From the NCBI GenBank assembly GCA_002633005.1, contig NMRA01000024.1, forward strand, positions 262,726 to 326,725: a stretch of DNA of 64,000 bases. The letters run 5' to 3'. Under the pieces are notes generated by a model. The model did no database searches, was not told the origin of the DNA, and saw nothing but the letters and a program-made list of their open reading frames with translations. The DNA comes from Phoronis australis (taxonomy: Eukaryota; Animalia; Phoronida). This document shows positions 39,240 to 51,090 of this stretch, in pieces. Position numbers and translations under genes: made by a program. Numbering within the stretch: the stretch's first letter is position 1; every line of letters begins with the position of its first letter.

Positions 39240-40000
39240 AGATAACAGTAAAGAATTCAGCTAACAGGTGTGAGTAAGGTTTCGGGATGAAGACTGTCCT
39301 AACATTTGTCCATGTTTTGGGGATACCATGTAGTCGAAAACTGGCTTTATAAATTGCTGAAAGTGTATGAAACTGACATCTCCCGACCTCTTTCGGCACC
39401 ATGGGGTAGATCATATCTTCCATGATTTAAAAGACATCAAAGACAACCCCAAGGTGCGGCTATGTCTTCAACATTTGCGTGAACTAATGATCCACACTAC
39501 TCGATTTCCGTCACTTCGTAACAATGACTTGACTGGTTTACACGATTAATACGACGCTCACCCATCATGACTTCTAGTGGGGGAGCAAATATATGAGTCA
39601 TCCGAGAGAACTGAAGGATTTGTCCTTCTTTAACAATTGCACCAGCCTTGTTGATGCAGAGAGGCTGTTTGTTTCCTGGCTGCTCTTCCTATAGAAATTA
39701 CGTGTAACTTTGCAAGATACGTGCCTTGCCCCGATAGGCCGCCATTTTTGGTCCACCAAATCTATTGTTTGACAACGTTTGTGGCAGCAACTATGCATTG
39801 ACCTGACCACTCTATTGGCGTTTTTCTACTCAATACAGAGCATAAAAGAAGTTGCCACTTTAAACCTGATGTAGCTGTGGTCAAATAGGGAGGGTACAGA
39901 ATCCACTCCCCAGTTTGTTACCACGTCGACAGCAGGCGATCGAGGTAGTCAGAGTAAGGTCTAAAACCTTCTCTCGGTTTTTCACAGCAAATTTAGACTC
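39240..40000 (-). mobile_element. LOA/R1-type LINE fragment 1 (endonuclease C-terminus to RT N-terminus)
   Basis: REKVLDLTLT (endonuclease C-terminus), DMIYPMV..LSAIYKASFRLHGIPKTWTNVRTVFIPKP, and a frameshifted PVS.NSLLL (~RPISLTSFLL). Confidence 0.75.
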
Positions 40001-40527
40001 ATGGCCCTTTTTGTGGTGAAACGTGTTACGTGTGAGGGTTGCGTGATAGAGTCGGTGGCTCCCCATCGTCTCCACGGCCTTCTGAGATTTCACCGCAAAA
40101 GCACGCGTTACAGCTGCACTTATACACCGTGTTCTCAGGACGTTTTTGCCATCATGGGGGATTACCAAACCAAAACGAATCACTGACTGAATACGCAATG
40201 AATGACAGGGGCCAGTAGTTTGCAGAGAACCCAACCAGAATAGTGATTGAACTATTTGTAATTTGTATTGTAATTTCATAATTCTCCAGAAAGTCCATTA
40301 TAATGATAGTTAAAAGGAATGGTTGCATGTAGATATACGAGCGCAATCATTATCAAATGCATGTTTAAAATGACAAATCCATTGTACAGTTATTGTTCCG
40401 ATTTCCTTGGTGGGATAGAGACTATTGTTTTATTAATGAAATTCATCACGGTTTATGAACCGTCAAACATTGTCGTCTTAACATGCGTTGCTGACGAAAC
40501 TCAAAGCAAGCTGTTTATGTTTTGCAG

Positions 40528-41358
40528 GTACGTCATTTGTGCTTGAACGAGTCCCTTGGCGACAATGAGCACTCGCTAAACAGAGACCCCACCGGAAAGC
40601 GTACATTTTGCCACATTGTTTTTCACGACGGCGGAGATGGTTGCAGGCTAATGGTTTATCAGTGGTTCTTGATTGGACGACAAGAAGTTGAGATGTCTGC
40701 TATTTGCTTTAGACTCGAAGAGTCCCAGTGGGTAAAGTTCTCGGAAACCGAAACTAAAAGTATAAAGCATCCGTCTCTTGTTGGTGATAACTACTACACC
40801 AGTTCGCCATGTTGGTCACCTGACGGATCCTTTATTATTTTGGATAGTGGAAGAACGATAGAGGACTCACAACAGAAAACGAAGTTATATCTGTGGCACA
40901 TAAAAGAACAACACCACCCGTGTAACCTCATTCTCATTCCAACAACAACTGAGCCTGGAAAAAAGACTGAAAACAGCAACGATTTTTATTTCGTCACAGG
41001 ATTTAGGAATCAATTTTCTGTAAGAGATGGAAAGCTTAACATTCTTGTTTCCGGTTACGAATGTTTCCCGCCTGACGACGACAAGTGCATTATAGATGCA
41101 TTCCAAGTTAGTGAACAGGACGTCACTTACGTAGATGGAAGCAGAATCTCGGGGAAAGGTTATACATTTCTTCCAATCGAAAGCAAGCTTGTCACTCTTG
41201 GAAACAGCTTCAAGTTTTATTTCTGGGACGAAAAGATGGAATCACCCGTTGACGTTGATATTTCAGGAGTCCAAATTCCGAATAATTACATACACAAAGA
41301 ATTTCATCCAATTCAGATTGTGTCGTCACCAGATGAAACCATGGTCGCTGTTTTACAG
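40528..41358 (+). CDS. Divergent WD40/beta-propeller-like protein, exon 2
   Basis: 831-nt open exon between ttttgcag| and |gttggt; blade-like motifs CWSPDGSFIIL, LYLWHI, FYFWDE and SSPDETMVAV. Confidence 0.85.
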
Positions 41359-41576
41359 GTTGGTGATTTCGTTACTTCCGAAGTGTTCCTACGGAGGCCG
41401 TTAGATATTGTAAACTGTGATGAAAAATCGTAGATCTCAGTACCCATCTTGTCGTGCTTTCTCATTGTTTCAATGATTGCGTCAATTGAGGATTAACTGA
41501 TCTTTTAAAGGTTCATCAACCCCGGACTCTTATTTCTTCTTTGACAAATTTTTCGTCTGCTACATTTTACTTCTAG

Positions 41577-41710
41577 GTCCACACCGAAGTGGTGCGATTA
41601 CTTCTTTTTCGGCTGAATTTAACTGAAAATTCGGTCAAATTCATTCAGGAGCTGGATAACGAAAGTCGTCCTGCACGTTATACCTGCATAGGATATGGAG
41701 GGCCATACAG
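41577..41710 (+). CDS. Beta-propeller-like protein, exon 3
   Basis: ttttacttctag|VHTEVVRLLLFRLNLTENSVKFIQELDNESRPARYTCIGYGGPY..AG|gtaaca; phase 0 in, phase 2 out, no stops. Confidence 0.8.
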
Positions 41711-42222
41711 GTAACAATATTTACAAGATAAACCATTGCACTTCGCGAAACTAAGTCAGTTGGGGCCTCATACTTGTAGGCTTTAAAAATTGTGGCTTCT
41801 TGTCCACCAAGTATACTTAGACTCAATATGAACTTGTGTTATAAACTTCGCAGGTTGATCAACATCAATTAAGACCGATGTATTTGAAGATTTCTGAAAC
41901 TAAATTCCTTGCGTCTCCAGCTTTAGTCACGTAGATACTGTTCTTCTAAAACGGCTTTCACCTCATTGCTACGAATAACGTCTCAAAATAAGAATAATTC
42001 GAGAAGATAGATGGTTTTAGATGTTTTGCCAGCATAGCCATTATATTTTTTTATGCATATAGCGTATATGAAAATTTCATTCTTCAAATAGACCCATCCG
42101 GTGCGAGAACACCCATTTTTTCTATTGGCAGTCATTACATTACCAGTGCGTGAAATGAAGCGCTTCGTGGTGTTGTGTTTTAAAACGTCCACAGGTTAAT
42201 ATCGTGTTAATTTCTTCTTAAG

Positions 42223-42390
42223 ATTCATCTTAAGCAAGTGTGGATGCACCAAGATGGTGCAATATCTCACGTAGGTCGTGGACCTCAGGAAACCACATCA
42301 CTTCCTAAACGGCCTCATTTCATGTTTTGGGGATGTTCTCTAGCCTCCGCGCTGTGCACATTGAGATGTACAGTGACGTTCTGGTGATTA
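42223..42390 (+). pseudogene. Tc1/mariner-type transposase relic in intron
   Basis: QVWMHQDGAISH (~WFQQDGAxxH) and, in another frame, LISCFGDVL*PPRCAH (~LISRFGDVxWPPRSPDL). Confidence 0.6.
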
Positions 42391-42845
42391 CTACAGGATA
42401 TAATCCGCTTTACAGCCGAGCAACGTATTTTTGGAATTATTGTTGGACGAGATGGGCTTTCTGAAGTAGCTAACTTTCTCCGGAACATATCCGTTGTGTG
42501 TTTTTGAAATTGTATACCAAATCGCCATTTCCCGTCGTTGGCTGTCAGTCATTCGTTGAAATAAAGGCCGAGATTTTTTACCTGTTAAAAACGCTTGAAA
42601 TACTCGGGTCAGTTGAACTAACGCTGTTTAGGTCGTGAAAACTCTTCCGTTTAAGAGTTGATCAAAAACTCCGAGTATGTAACTAGCTGCTAGTTTTCCA
42701 TGTCAATAAAATATGCCTGTGCCCATAAATGATTAATTATAAATATCGACTGTGTCAGGGGTTTTCGCTTTTAGATAACGTTCTCTGCAGCTACATGTAT
42801 ATTAAGATCGAAATGTAAAAAAGTTGTAACTATTTTCACTGCTAG

Positions 42846-43194
42846 GTACCTGGTCGCTTTCACTGATGACTCTGAAGTCGTAGCTGGGTGCTGTAAGAAT
42901 TTGGGAAAAATTCGCATTTACAATATCGCAGGGGATGAGACAAATGAGGTCAGTTATGATTCGTTTAACGAATCCACACTGCGCAAGCCCGTCTGTGGAA
43001 TGTGGTGCCAGGCTTGCGTGGACAGCAGGTTTACGCTGGGCCGCAAGAACCAAATGGAATGTCAAGTATCTCTGGAGAATTTAAAGGATGCCTTGCCGAG
43101 TGGCGTGGCACATTTGAGCACGAGCACGCCTACTGTTTGCAGCTTTAGAAATGGTCCACTCAAGAACATGACTACACTGCAGTTGAAGTTTTAG
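42846..43194 (+). CDS. Beta-propeller-like protein, last coding exon
   Basis: ttcactgctag|G completes AGG; YLVAFTDDSEVVAGCCKNLGKIRIYNI...TLQLKF*, in frame with ORF 42901-43194. Confidence 0.8.
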
Positions 43195-44285
43195 ATAGAT
43201 GCCGTTTGGCTATTTCCGGTGGTTTTTGATGATTGAATCAATTGATTGTGTTTTATGAATCATTTCTGTTTCGATGAAGCCTTTGGCTTTTCACATTAGT
43301 ACAAACTGTGTATCTGGAATATTTACATTACCACTGATAGATATGTCATCTGAATGGATACGCGGTATGACTAACGGTATACTGACCATCTTGATCCTGT
43401 TTGGATAACACGTTACGTGCATGCCGCCCGGAGGTGAGATGTCGCTTCCAGATCTGACCAAATTGAATCAGATGCTGTAGAAACCACAAACCGTGGCCAC
43501 GAAGCACCTACGCAGGCCATGTCTGTACATAAAAGCAAATAAGAACAGACTAATCTAATACGAGACGAAACAATCAGAGGAAAGAAGTATCGGTGGTCGT
43601 ATTATTAGTAAAACAAATAGAGACCGACCACACGCGCATATTAGGTCATGTGGACCTCGGAATGCTGTTCTCATCCTTTGGCCTCGGCAACATCGGCTCT
43701 TCATTGATCAATATCACTTGATGTCGGCTCGGCATTGCTCGATATTTGTGTAATATCGGTGCAATTTTGTAATTTTCAATCTGTCCATCTTATCCTCCAG
43801 AAGTTTTGGAATGGGCCAGTCTGATGTCACTTTCATGCTCTGTAAACTGGAGTTGTATGGTGGATGCTGGCTAGTAGATTTTAATATTGCAGTGTCCACG
43901 TTGCTTGTATAGATACTCTTGTAACATGCAGTCCCCTTTGCACGACTGCACCACGGCTTGGGTAATGCTCAAGTGTAATCCTTAATGAAGGCGTTGAGAC
44001 TAGAAGCTCTCCGTGGTCAGGGGATCAATCGACTTTTAAAGATACACATGCAAGGTAATTGATATGATCCTGTGAACGAGTATTGTCGACGATTGTGCTC
44101 CACATATGATATATCAGATATTTCGGTATAGGACAACCAAGCCTCAGGAATTAAGACTTAGAGACAGAGGGATTATCACAAATGTAAGTGTTATCTACAG
44201 CCCATAGTCTACAGGAGAAAACTGTGTTTGCTGCAACGCCTATCTCTCCTCTCTGCATTGTTGTTACGTAATTCGTCATTACAAT

Positions 44286-46590
44286 ATGCCAAGAAGCAAA
44301 GTCAGGGGCCGCGCTAATACTCGCAGCTCTATTGCTGATTACATGAGCCCCAATCAAGATATCTCAAACAAAGATCTTTTGGAATCATTGAATAAGCGAT
44401 TCAATAATATGATGGAAAAACAAATCAGCAAACTCAAAACAGAATATGAAGACACGAAAAGAGAGAACGAAAATTGAAAGTGTTTATTAAAGATCTGAGC
44501 GCGAAATTTGATGACTTAGAAAATCGGTCCAGGCGTGATAACGTACTCGTCCATGGCTTGATAGAAGAAAACAATGAATCGTGGGAAATGTCTGAAGCTC
44601 TCGTAGTTAATCTTGCCAAAGAGCATTTAGGTATCGATATCCATGTCGAGAGGGCACACAGACTGGGAAAGAAAATAAGCGGAAAGACCCGCCCGATCAT
44701 TTTGCAAAAACCTACAAAACCCAGCCATCCACATAACCGAAGATTTCTCAGTTAGAGTGCGCAATGCCAGAAAGGAACTGTATAAGTTCTCGAAGGAAAA
44801 TGACATGGAAAATGCAAGCATACGATATGACAAACTCATTCACGATAGAAAAACTTTTATGTACGGCGACGACAACAAGAGAGTGTTTGAATGAAACAGA
44901 TAGGATGGAGGCCAAAGCCCACCTCTGCATACGAAACGCCATATCCTTGATGAGCTGGAACGCACATGGTCTCGTGAAAAAGATTGGACAATCTGAGGTT
45001 CTTGACTTTATTTCTAGGTATCACATAGTAGCAGTCAGTGAAACATGGGAAAATAAACCAAACCAGTTTAGTGTACCAGGCTATGCAAGTTTTGATGTAC
45101 AGAACATAAAGAGAAGAAAATTTGGAAGAAACTCCGGATAAGTGAGTGTATTTATCAAACATGAATTAGGAAAATATTTTAGACGTTTGAAAGTTGATCA
45201 TGTTCACGGTGTAGTCTTAAAGCGCGACAAAAGGTTGTTTAAGACGGACAAGTAACCCCAGAAGGGTCGTCAGTGTATGAAAACTCCGCAGAGAAAAAAT
45301 GGGGTAATACTGCTTTTTGGCCAGGAGTTGTTGAATTTGTCACAGAAGCTCTGTAATTGTCATTTTGTAGTCATGAGTGACCTAAATGCTAGAGCAGGAA
45401 ACTTGCAAGACTATATTTTGTATGACCGTGCGGATTTCTTACCGTGTCAAGATTGGTACGATAGTGACATTTTGTTCGCCCAGGCAGTCTAAGGATGAAA
45501 CTGTAAATAATTTTGGCAAAACTTAAACTTTAGAACACTTATTCTTTGAATGTGAATATGTTAACTCTTTCTGGCATGGGGTACGTCTCTGGTTAATGAC
45601 TGCAATGCAAGTAAATTTTGAAATAGACAAAACCACCATTACATTTGGTCTTCAAAATGAACATAATAGAATTTTGAATTGGTTCCTTTTACAAACTAAA
45701 ATTTTCATTTTTAAAATGAAGTTTGCTAACGTCAAACCTAATTTAAGATGTCTTGAAAAAACTTTGAGGGTGTGTTTTAATGTAGAAGTTAGTGCTTCGT
45801 TAAACACACGGAAATTTAATGATACAAGCAAGTGGAAAGATTGGAAATGTGTTTTTGAAATATGAAGAGAGCCAGAGAGTTGACCAGATGCCAGAACAGA
45901 AGTTTAAGTAGTTCTTGGAAGTAACAATGAACTGCTTTCTCGTTTTTTGCACAGTTCTGTACGTTGTTGTGTGTTGTATTGTGTTGTGCTGTGTATATTT
46001 GTATATGTACCTGTCTTTTGTCATAAAAGTTTTAAATGTAAAAAAAAGACTAAAACAAGAATTAAATTGAGATGTGTTGTGACTTAAACATGCATACTGT
46101 TAAGGGTAGGAGTCGGAATGATAAACATGACGAGTTTACATGTCACGCATCAGGTGGTTTTAGCACTGTAGACTATTTGATCGTGTCAACAAGTATATTT
46201 CAACATATTTCAGATTTTAGTGTAGACACATTCGACGAGTCTGATCGTTTTCCTATTGTTTGTAATGTTGCAGGTAATTGTGTGTATGACAGGCGTTGTA
46301 GCGTTAGCCAATCAACATCGCAATCGCACACTCGCCTGGAGTGGCTGGGGATAGTGGCCGTGTAGCAGAATTCCATGAAGTGTTCTCAAATTGCCTATCA
46401 GAAAGTCTAGATCGAATAGTTGAACAGATTGCTCGTGACGACATAAAAAGTGCAACAGATGGTTCACAAATCTGTATAAACAAACTGCTACATCGATGGC
46501 AATGTTTAAAAATAAACGTGTTTATGCTAACGGCAGAGCAAACAACCCCAATTGGTGGGACAAAGAATGGCCGTCTCCCGAGATGAGCAG
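44286..46590 (+). mobile_element. 3'-truncated LINE (RTEX/CR1 group): L1-type ORF1 plus APE endonuclease, decayed
   Basis: ORF1 coiled coil with DLENRSRRDNVLVHG...VERAHRLG...RPII. ORF2 motifs SWNAHGL, VSETW, SDLNAR, KGRSRNDKHDEFTC, STVDY, SDRFPI and WWDKE; no RT follows. Confidence 0.85.
45525..46048 (+). mobile_element. 3' end of an L1/Tx1-type LINE inserted in the endonuclease above
   Basis: TLEHLFFECEYVNSFW...NWFLLQTKIFIFK...KWK, then a GT-rich 3' UTR and A-rich tail. The host frame NNFGKTL|IEMC resumes after it. Confidence 0.8.
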
Positions 46591-46808
46591 TAATATCTTA
46601 TCCCTGTAGGTGTCGCTGGCGCATTGGGTAGTTCCGGTCATGAAACGACCCAAACATTCAATGGGGTGTGGGCTTCACGTCCGTCTTGTTACTAAAAATT
46701 TGACGGTGCGTACCTTTTGTATTAAGTTGTCAGTGCCCTTGTTGTATTAAATAAAGTATATGTAATACATGTGCGTCGGACTTCTTGTTATTATTTCTTA
46801 GTAAAATT

Positions 46809-47056
46809 CATGCGCGAACCCAGCCTTCAATATAGAGGGGGGTCGAATTCCTGAAGTTGGTAACAAAAAAGCGGGTGGACTAAAAAAAAACGGGACTAAA
46901 AAAAAAACGGGGGCACCGCTGTGAATTGTGCGATTGTGCTTATTTAGTGGACTTTTGTCTCATTTTCTCGGACTTTTTGTTTTTCAGAGGCGGACCTTTT
47001 TGCCCACTTCGCCAAATGGGGAGGGGCCCCTTGGAGCCCCCCTGGGTGCGCACATG
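46809..47056 (+). mobile_element. 248-bp MITE family A with 5-bp TSD (AAATT)
   Basis: aaatt|CATGCGCGAACCCAG...CTGGGTGCGCACATG|aaatt; partial or related copies at ~48706-48858 and ~59470-59686. Confidence 0.8.
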
Positions 47057-47286
47057 AAATTTTGTTTTGAAGTGGGTTACTTACGAACGTGCTTGGCATT
47101 CGTAGGCGCATAATAAAGCTTTACGGCAATTTCGGGCCTTAAAATATCAATCATACCTCTGGAAATAGACAATCACGTCATATTTAAAATACAAAAGCCA
47201 TATTATGTGAAATTCGAAACGTACTATCTGGAACTGGGCTGACGAAACACATGCGGCACGTCTTCAGCTGAACAGCGCCGTGGAAT

Positions 47287-47440
47287 CTGCCTCTCGCTCA
47301 GCAACGCTAGGATCTTGTTAAAAAGCAAGACTTTGCGAGATTACGTGATATATTGCAGTGTATTTTAAAGAGAACTCCTGACTTTGGCTAGATTTAGCTA
47401 GGTCCTAGCGTAGGGTATAACGTTACTGAACGCTCGCCCG
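47287..47440 (-). mobile_element. ~155-bp MITE, inverted copy of 23273-23429
   Basis: aaaagcaagactttgcgagattacg and agctaggtcctagcgtagg match 23273-23429 in reverse complement. Confidence 0.75.
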
Positions 47441-47614
47441 ATGTCTTCTTTTTCGTCGGAGTTTTAGTTATATACATGTAGGTCAACGCGATGTTCGGCG
47501 TGCGCATCAGTTCTTTGATTTAATGTAGTTAGTTGATACGTACTGCTTTAGTTCTGTTTATTTTTAAAATAACGTTACGGCCTGTTCATCACTGATTAAT
47601 ATTACTGTTCAAGC

Positions 47615-47822
47615 ATGGGTGGTAAGAGATACTCTTGTGTACCGTTTGGTCACAACACATCGGCTACTGTTTTGGACAGTGGTAAAAAAGTGACATTACA
47701 TAGAATACCTTCTAAAACAGAACTCCAAAAGGTATGGAATCAGCGACTAAAAATGTAAGACAAAATTTAATGCAAGGATCAGAGCACTTGCTCCAGGAAG
47801 CAACATTCCTACCATTTTTCCT
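47615..47822 (+). pseudogene. THAP-domain relic
   Basis: MGGKRYSCVPFGHNTS...KVTLHRIPSKTELQKVWNQRLK/NVRQNL..SEHL/APGSNIPTIF (AVPTIF box), with frameshifts. Confidence 0.75.
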
Positions 47823-50293
47823 AGCAAGCGACAACCGCAAGTTGCTGCTCCCAGGCCTTCAAATAGTTTACCATAGAAAGCCAAACTCCGTGGACATTTC
47901 TGTTGTGGAAGAGCTCTTGATTAGACAGGACTTTTGTGAAGATGTCGATTGCCAGGATGAAAGTACAATGAACATAGATTGTGAGAAAGTTGAAAACAAG
48001 TCATGTTGTCTTCCACAACATGTAGATATTAGGCAATTACCGTCCCTGGATGCCGCAGGCATGCAGGGGCGATAGTACATCCCCACAAAACGTAACGAAT
48101 TTCAAAACAGGAAATAAAATCAAATGAAACATGCATATATGCACATGGAGTTATAAGTAACATATGCCATAAACCTGGAGACAATTCAGTCAAGAATTTT
48201 GAGCAAATCGTTGAAAATCTGTCGTGTTCGACGGGTGCCATTTTGAGGAAGTAACGTGAAATGACGCGCGTTGATGAATAAAAAGTCGAAGGGACACAAA
48301 TCTTACAAATTTCACCTGATATCTTCCAATGCTATTTTGCAGGTGTCAAGCACCAGCGTCACGCGCTTCGATCAGTTCCGCGCTAGCCTTTGCCTAACTC
48401 ACGTGTCTCAATTGAAATACTTCGTGGTTATAGACGCGAAGTAAAAAAGTTAACGGTGATCAAAAAAGTGAAATTGGAATTCTTAACCAAAGACACCTTA
48501 ATTGTCGTAACTAAGATTCATCGAAGATATGTGTAGAAGTAGAAAGGACCACTGAAGAGCTAATATGCGTTTTTTAAGTGAAGTGTGGAATGTATTTTTG
48601 ACGAGGTGAAAACTCTTAAAGGAGAATGCCACCCAAAAAACAACCTATTTTGTATCAATTTAAATCGAGCAGTTCCACTCGATAACAGCGTTGTGAACTT
48701 CTGGTACCGAAAAAGCGCGTGGACTGAAACAATAGGGGGGGGGGGGCACCACTGCGTGTTTGTGTTTAATTAGTGGACTTTTGTCTCATTTTCGCGGACT
48801 TTTTGTTTCACGGAGGTGGACCTATTTGCCCACTTAGCCAAATGAGAGAGCCCCCAGAGCATAGTATACCCCTATAAGTTGGAACTACGTCACTTCCTCA
48901 GACACATCCCTGACCGTGCAATGTATCGTCGTTCTAGTCGAAGTAAGCCCTATATATACATCAGCAACAGCACACGTGCGGAATTCACACGGTTTAATAC
49001 AATGCTATCTTAAACGGTGACCATACCATATCAGTTAACTTTAAAACTGGATTCTATGTTCCTCACCTCCCTATCGGTATATCTGATGAGAGCATGCGTA
49101 ATGGCGGCTGCTGCTGTAGTTAGCATCTTATCCGGTGCCACCATGATATCCACATATTCCTCTAAATTCCGAGACACAAATTCCGGTGCAGAAGAAATTG
49201 GGTGATTGTGGGGTCAATAACTACAAAAATTCTTTAGAATGGACAAAAATTTCACCTGACTGCTTTAATTGATATTTAATTCCAAGTTCAAGGTTTCGCT
49301 GAAGGTCCGCCCATTTTTTATAAGTTTTAAAAAATAATTGAAAAATAACGGGGGTATATACATTGCTGAAATTTACGAAATGTGTTGATTTTAGTGATAT
49401 CTTTCTATTGGCAAAACTCATTTTGTGTTCCACGTACGTTACAGTTAAGGAAACAGTAACTTGAATCACGCTCAATTTCTAATCAGTACACAGATATACA
49501 CAAAACGATAAGCAGATTAATGTCTCGTGGGATATTATTTCATCTACGCCAATCGAGGTACGTTTTGTATTCATCCCATACGGTTCGAATTCCTAAGTTT
49601 CTTTAATTTTTCGGCAATTTTTTTTAATACTTCACCCAGACTGTTCATGCGGCGGATCACATCCTATATCTGCAGTATATACTTGAGCGTTAGGTCACAT
49701 GTACAAATTTTCTATTAGTGGAAGAAGCAGTTTTAAACGTAACAAAAATGAAAACAACAGTAACTGTGCATTGAACTCGTATCATGTCCCGAAAATAATT
49801 AAACGACAACAATATTTAACATCCTAGTTACCGAGGAATCGGCGCCTGAGTTGCAGACGATATGATAACAAGCAAATAAAACTGAGAAAGAAGTGTCATA
49901 CAGTTAACAGTTTTGTACCAGATGTTACGTTTGGGACCTGATTGGATATTGAGTGCTATTTATACTGATGCAATTTTATAATAAAAAATTGCTGTTTTAA
50001 TATGGGCGTGCCGTCTATATTCGTCTTTTTATCCGTTTTATCCATAAAACGTACTTAGTGGGCACTCATCTGTTTGCAAATTTTATAATGAACATGTCAT
50101 GGTTTACTCCGTGGATGGGCGGACACAGGTAATCGCTGACCGGTGTTTAGTAGCTTTCGGTGCGACGATAGACTGAAGACTGGTTCGAGTTAATCACTTT
50201 ATTAATTTCGGCCGCACGCACTCAAGCCTTTTGAAAGAAAACGAACTACGTAATGTCTGTTCTATACTCCACCTAGTGCTGCAAAACCTTGAA

Positions 50294-50448
50294 CAGGGGC
50301 AGATCCAGGACTTTGAGTTGGGGGCAGGGCAGACCTATTAGCCAGGATTTTGCCCATCAGACATTTGCACCCCGAATTACCAAATTTAATGTGGGAGAAT
50401 TTTTAGGGGAGCCATGGACCCCTTGGCCCTCCTCTAAATCCGCCGCTG
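50294..50448 (+). mobile_element. MITE family B, copy 2
   Basis: CAGGGGCAGAT...ATCCGCCGCTG inverted ends; homologous to the copies at 38261 and 60911. Confidence 0.8.
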
Positions 50449-50911
50449 GGCCCTAGATTTCAGGATCATTTACATTCCGCTAATCAAGGGAGCCGCACTC
50501 AGCCCATCGTGATATCAAAAATGTTACCTTTTTCAAATGTATCAGTACATTTTGCGCAAAATTTTACAGATTTTGCTGCTCTATATTCTAATCAAACCCA
50601 TACTGTAAATTCACTTGAACGATTAGCAATGGCGCCATGGTGAGTCTGCGCTTCACGACGTTGAGCGGCCCACGTTTTTTTATAATGTGTCAGCACTACA
50701 ATGCATACCAATTCTTCGAACATCGCAATTTACTGAGGCCCGGCACCCTTGATACTACACATGTTGAAAACGTCGGAACCCCTTAAGCAAACTTTTCAAA
50801 TCGTTGTCATTCCACAAACACGCAGATTATTTTACGAAGGTAGTGGCGAGTCCGTCTCACCTAGAACTGTTAAACAACTATGTCGAGGAAATCGACGACA
50901 TTGTGTGAGTC

Positions 50912-51090
50912 CGCTCAAAAATAATTCGGCACAGAGACAATTTACGAGAAAGGAAAGCATAAGAGGTTATCGAAAAGCAGAAATGGTCGCTTGGTATTAC
51001 TTTTGATGGCCGACAACACAACGTATGCTTGTTTCGTCTCAAGAAAATACTCCATTTGCATGACTACACGTGGAGATAATTTGACTGGAC
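50912..51090 (+). repeat. Interspersed repeat, diverged copy of ~21955-22140
   Basis: Shares the blocks listed for the 21955 copy. Confidence 0.7.

Noticed and set aside
41359-41433. C-terminal tail of the 303-aa ORF (VGDFVTS...DEKS)
   Set aside because: Read-through into the intron; splicing at 41358 gives a longer, phase-consistent product.
46606-46685. tRNA-like A/B box pattern (also ~59085-59150)
   Set aside because: No cloverleaf can be built; at most decayed SINE heads.
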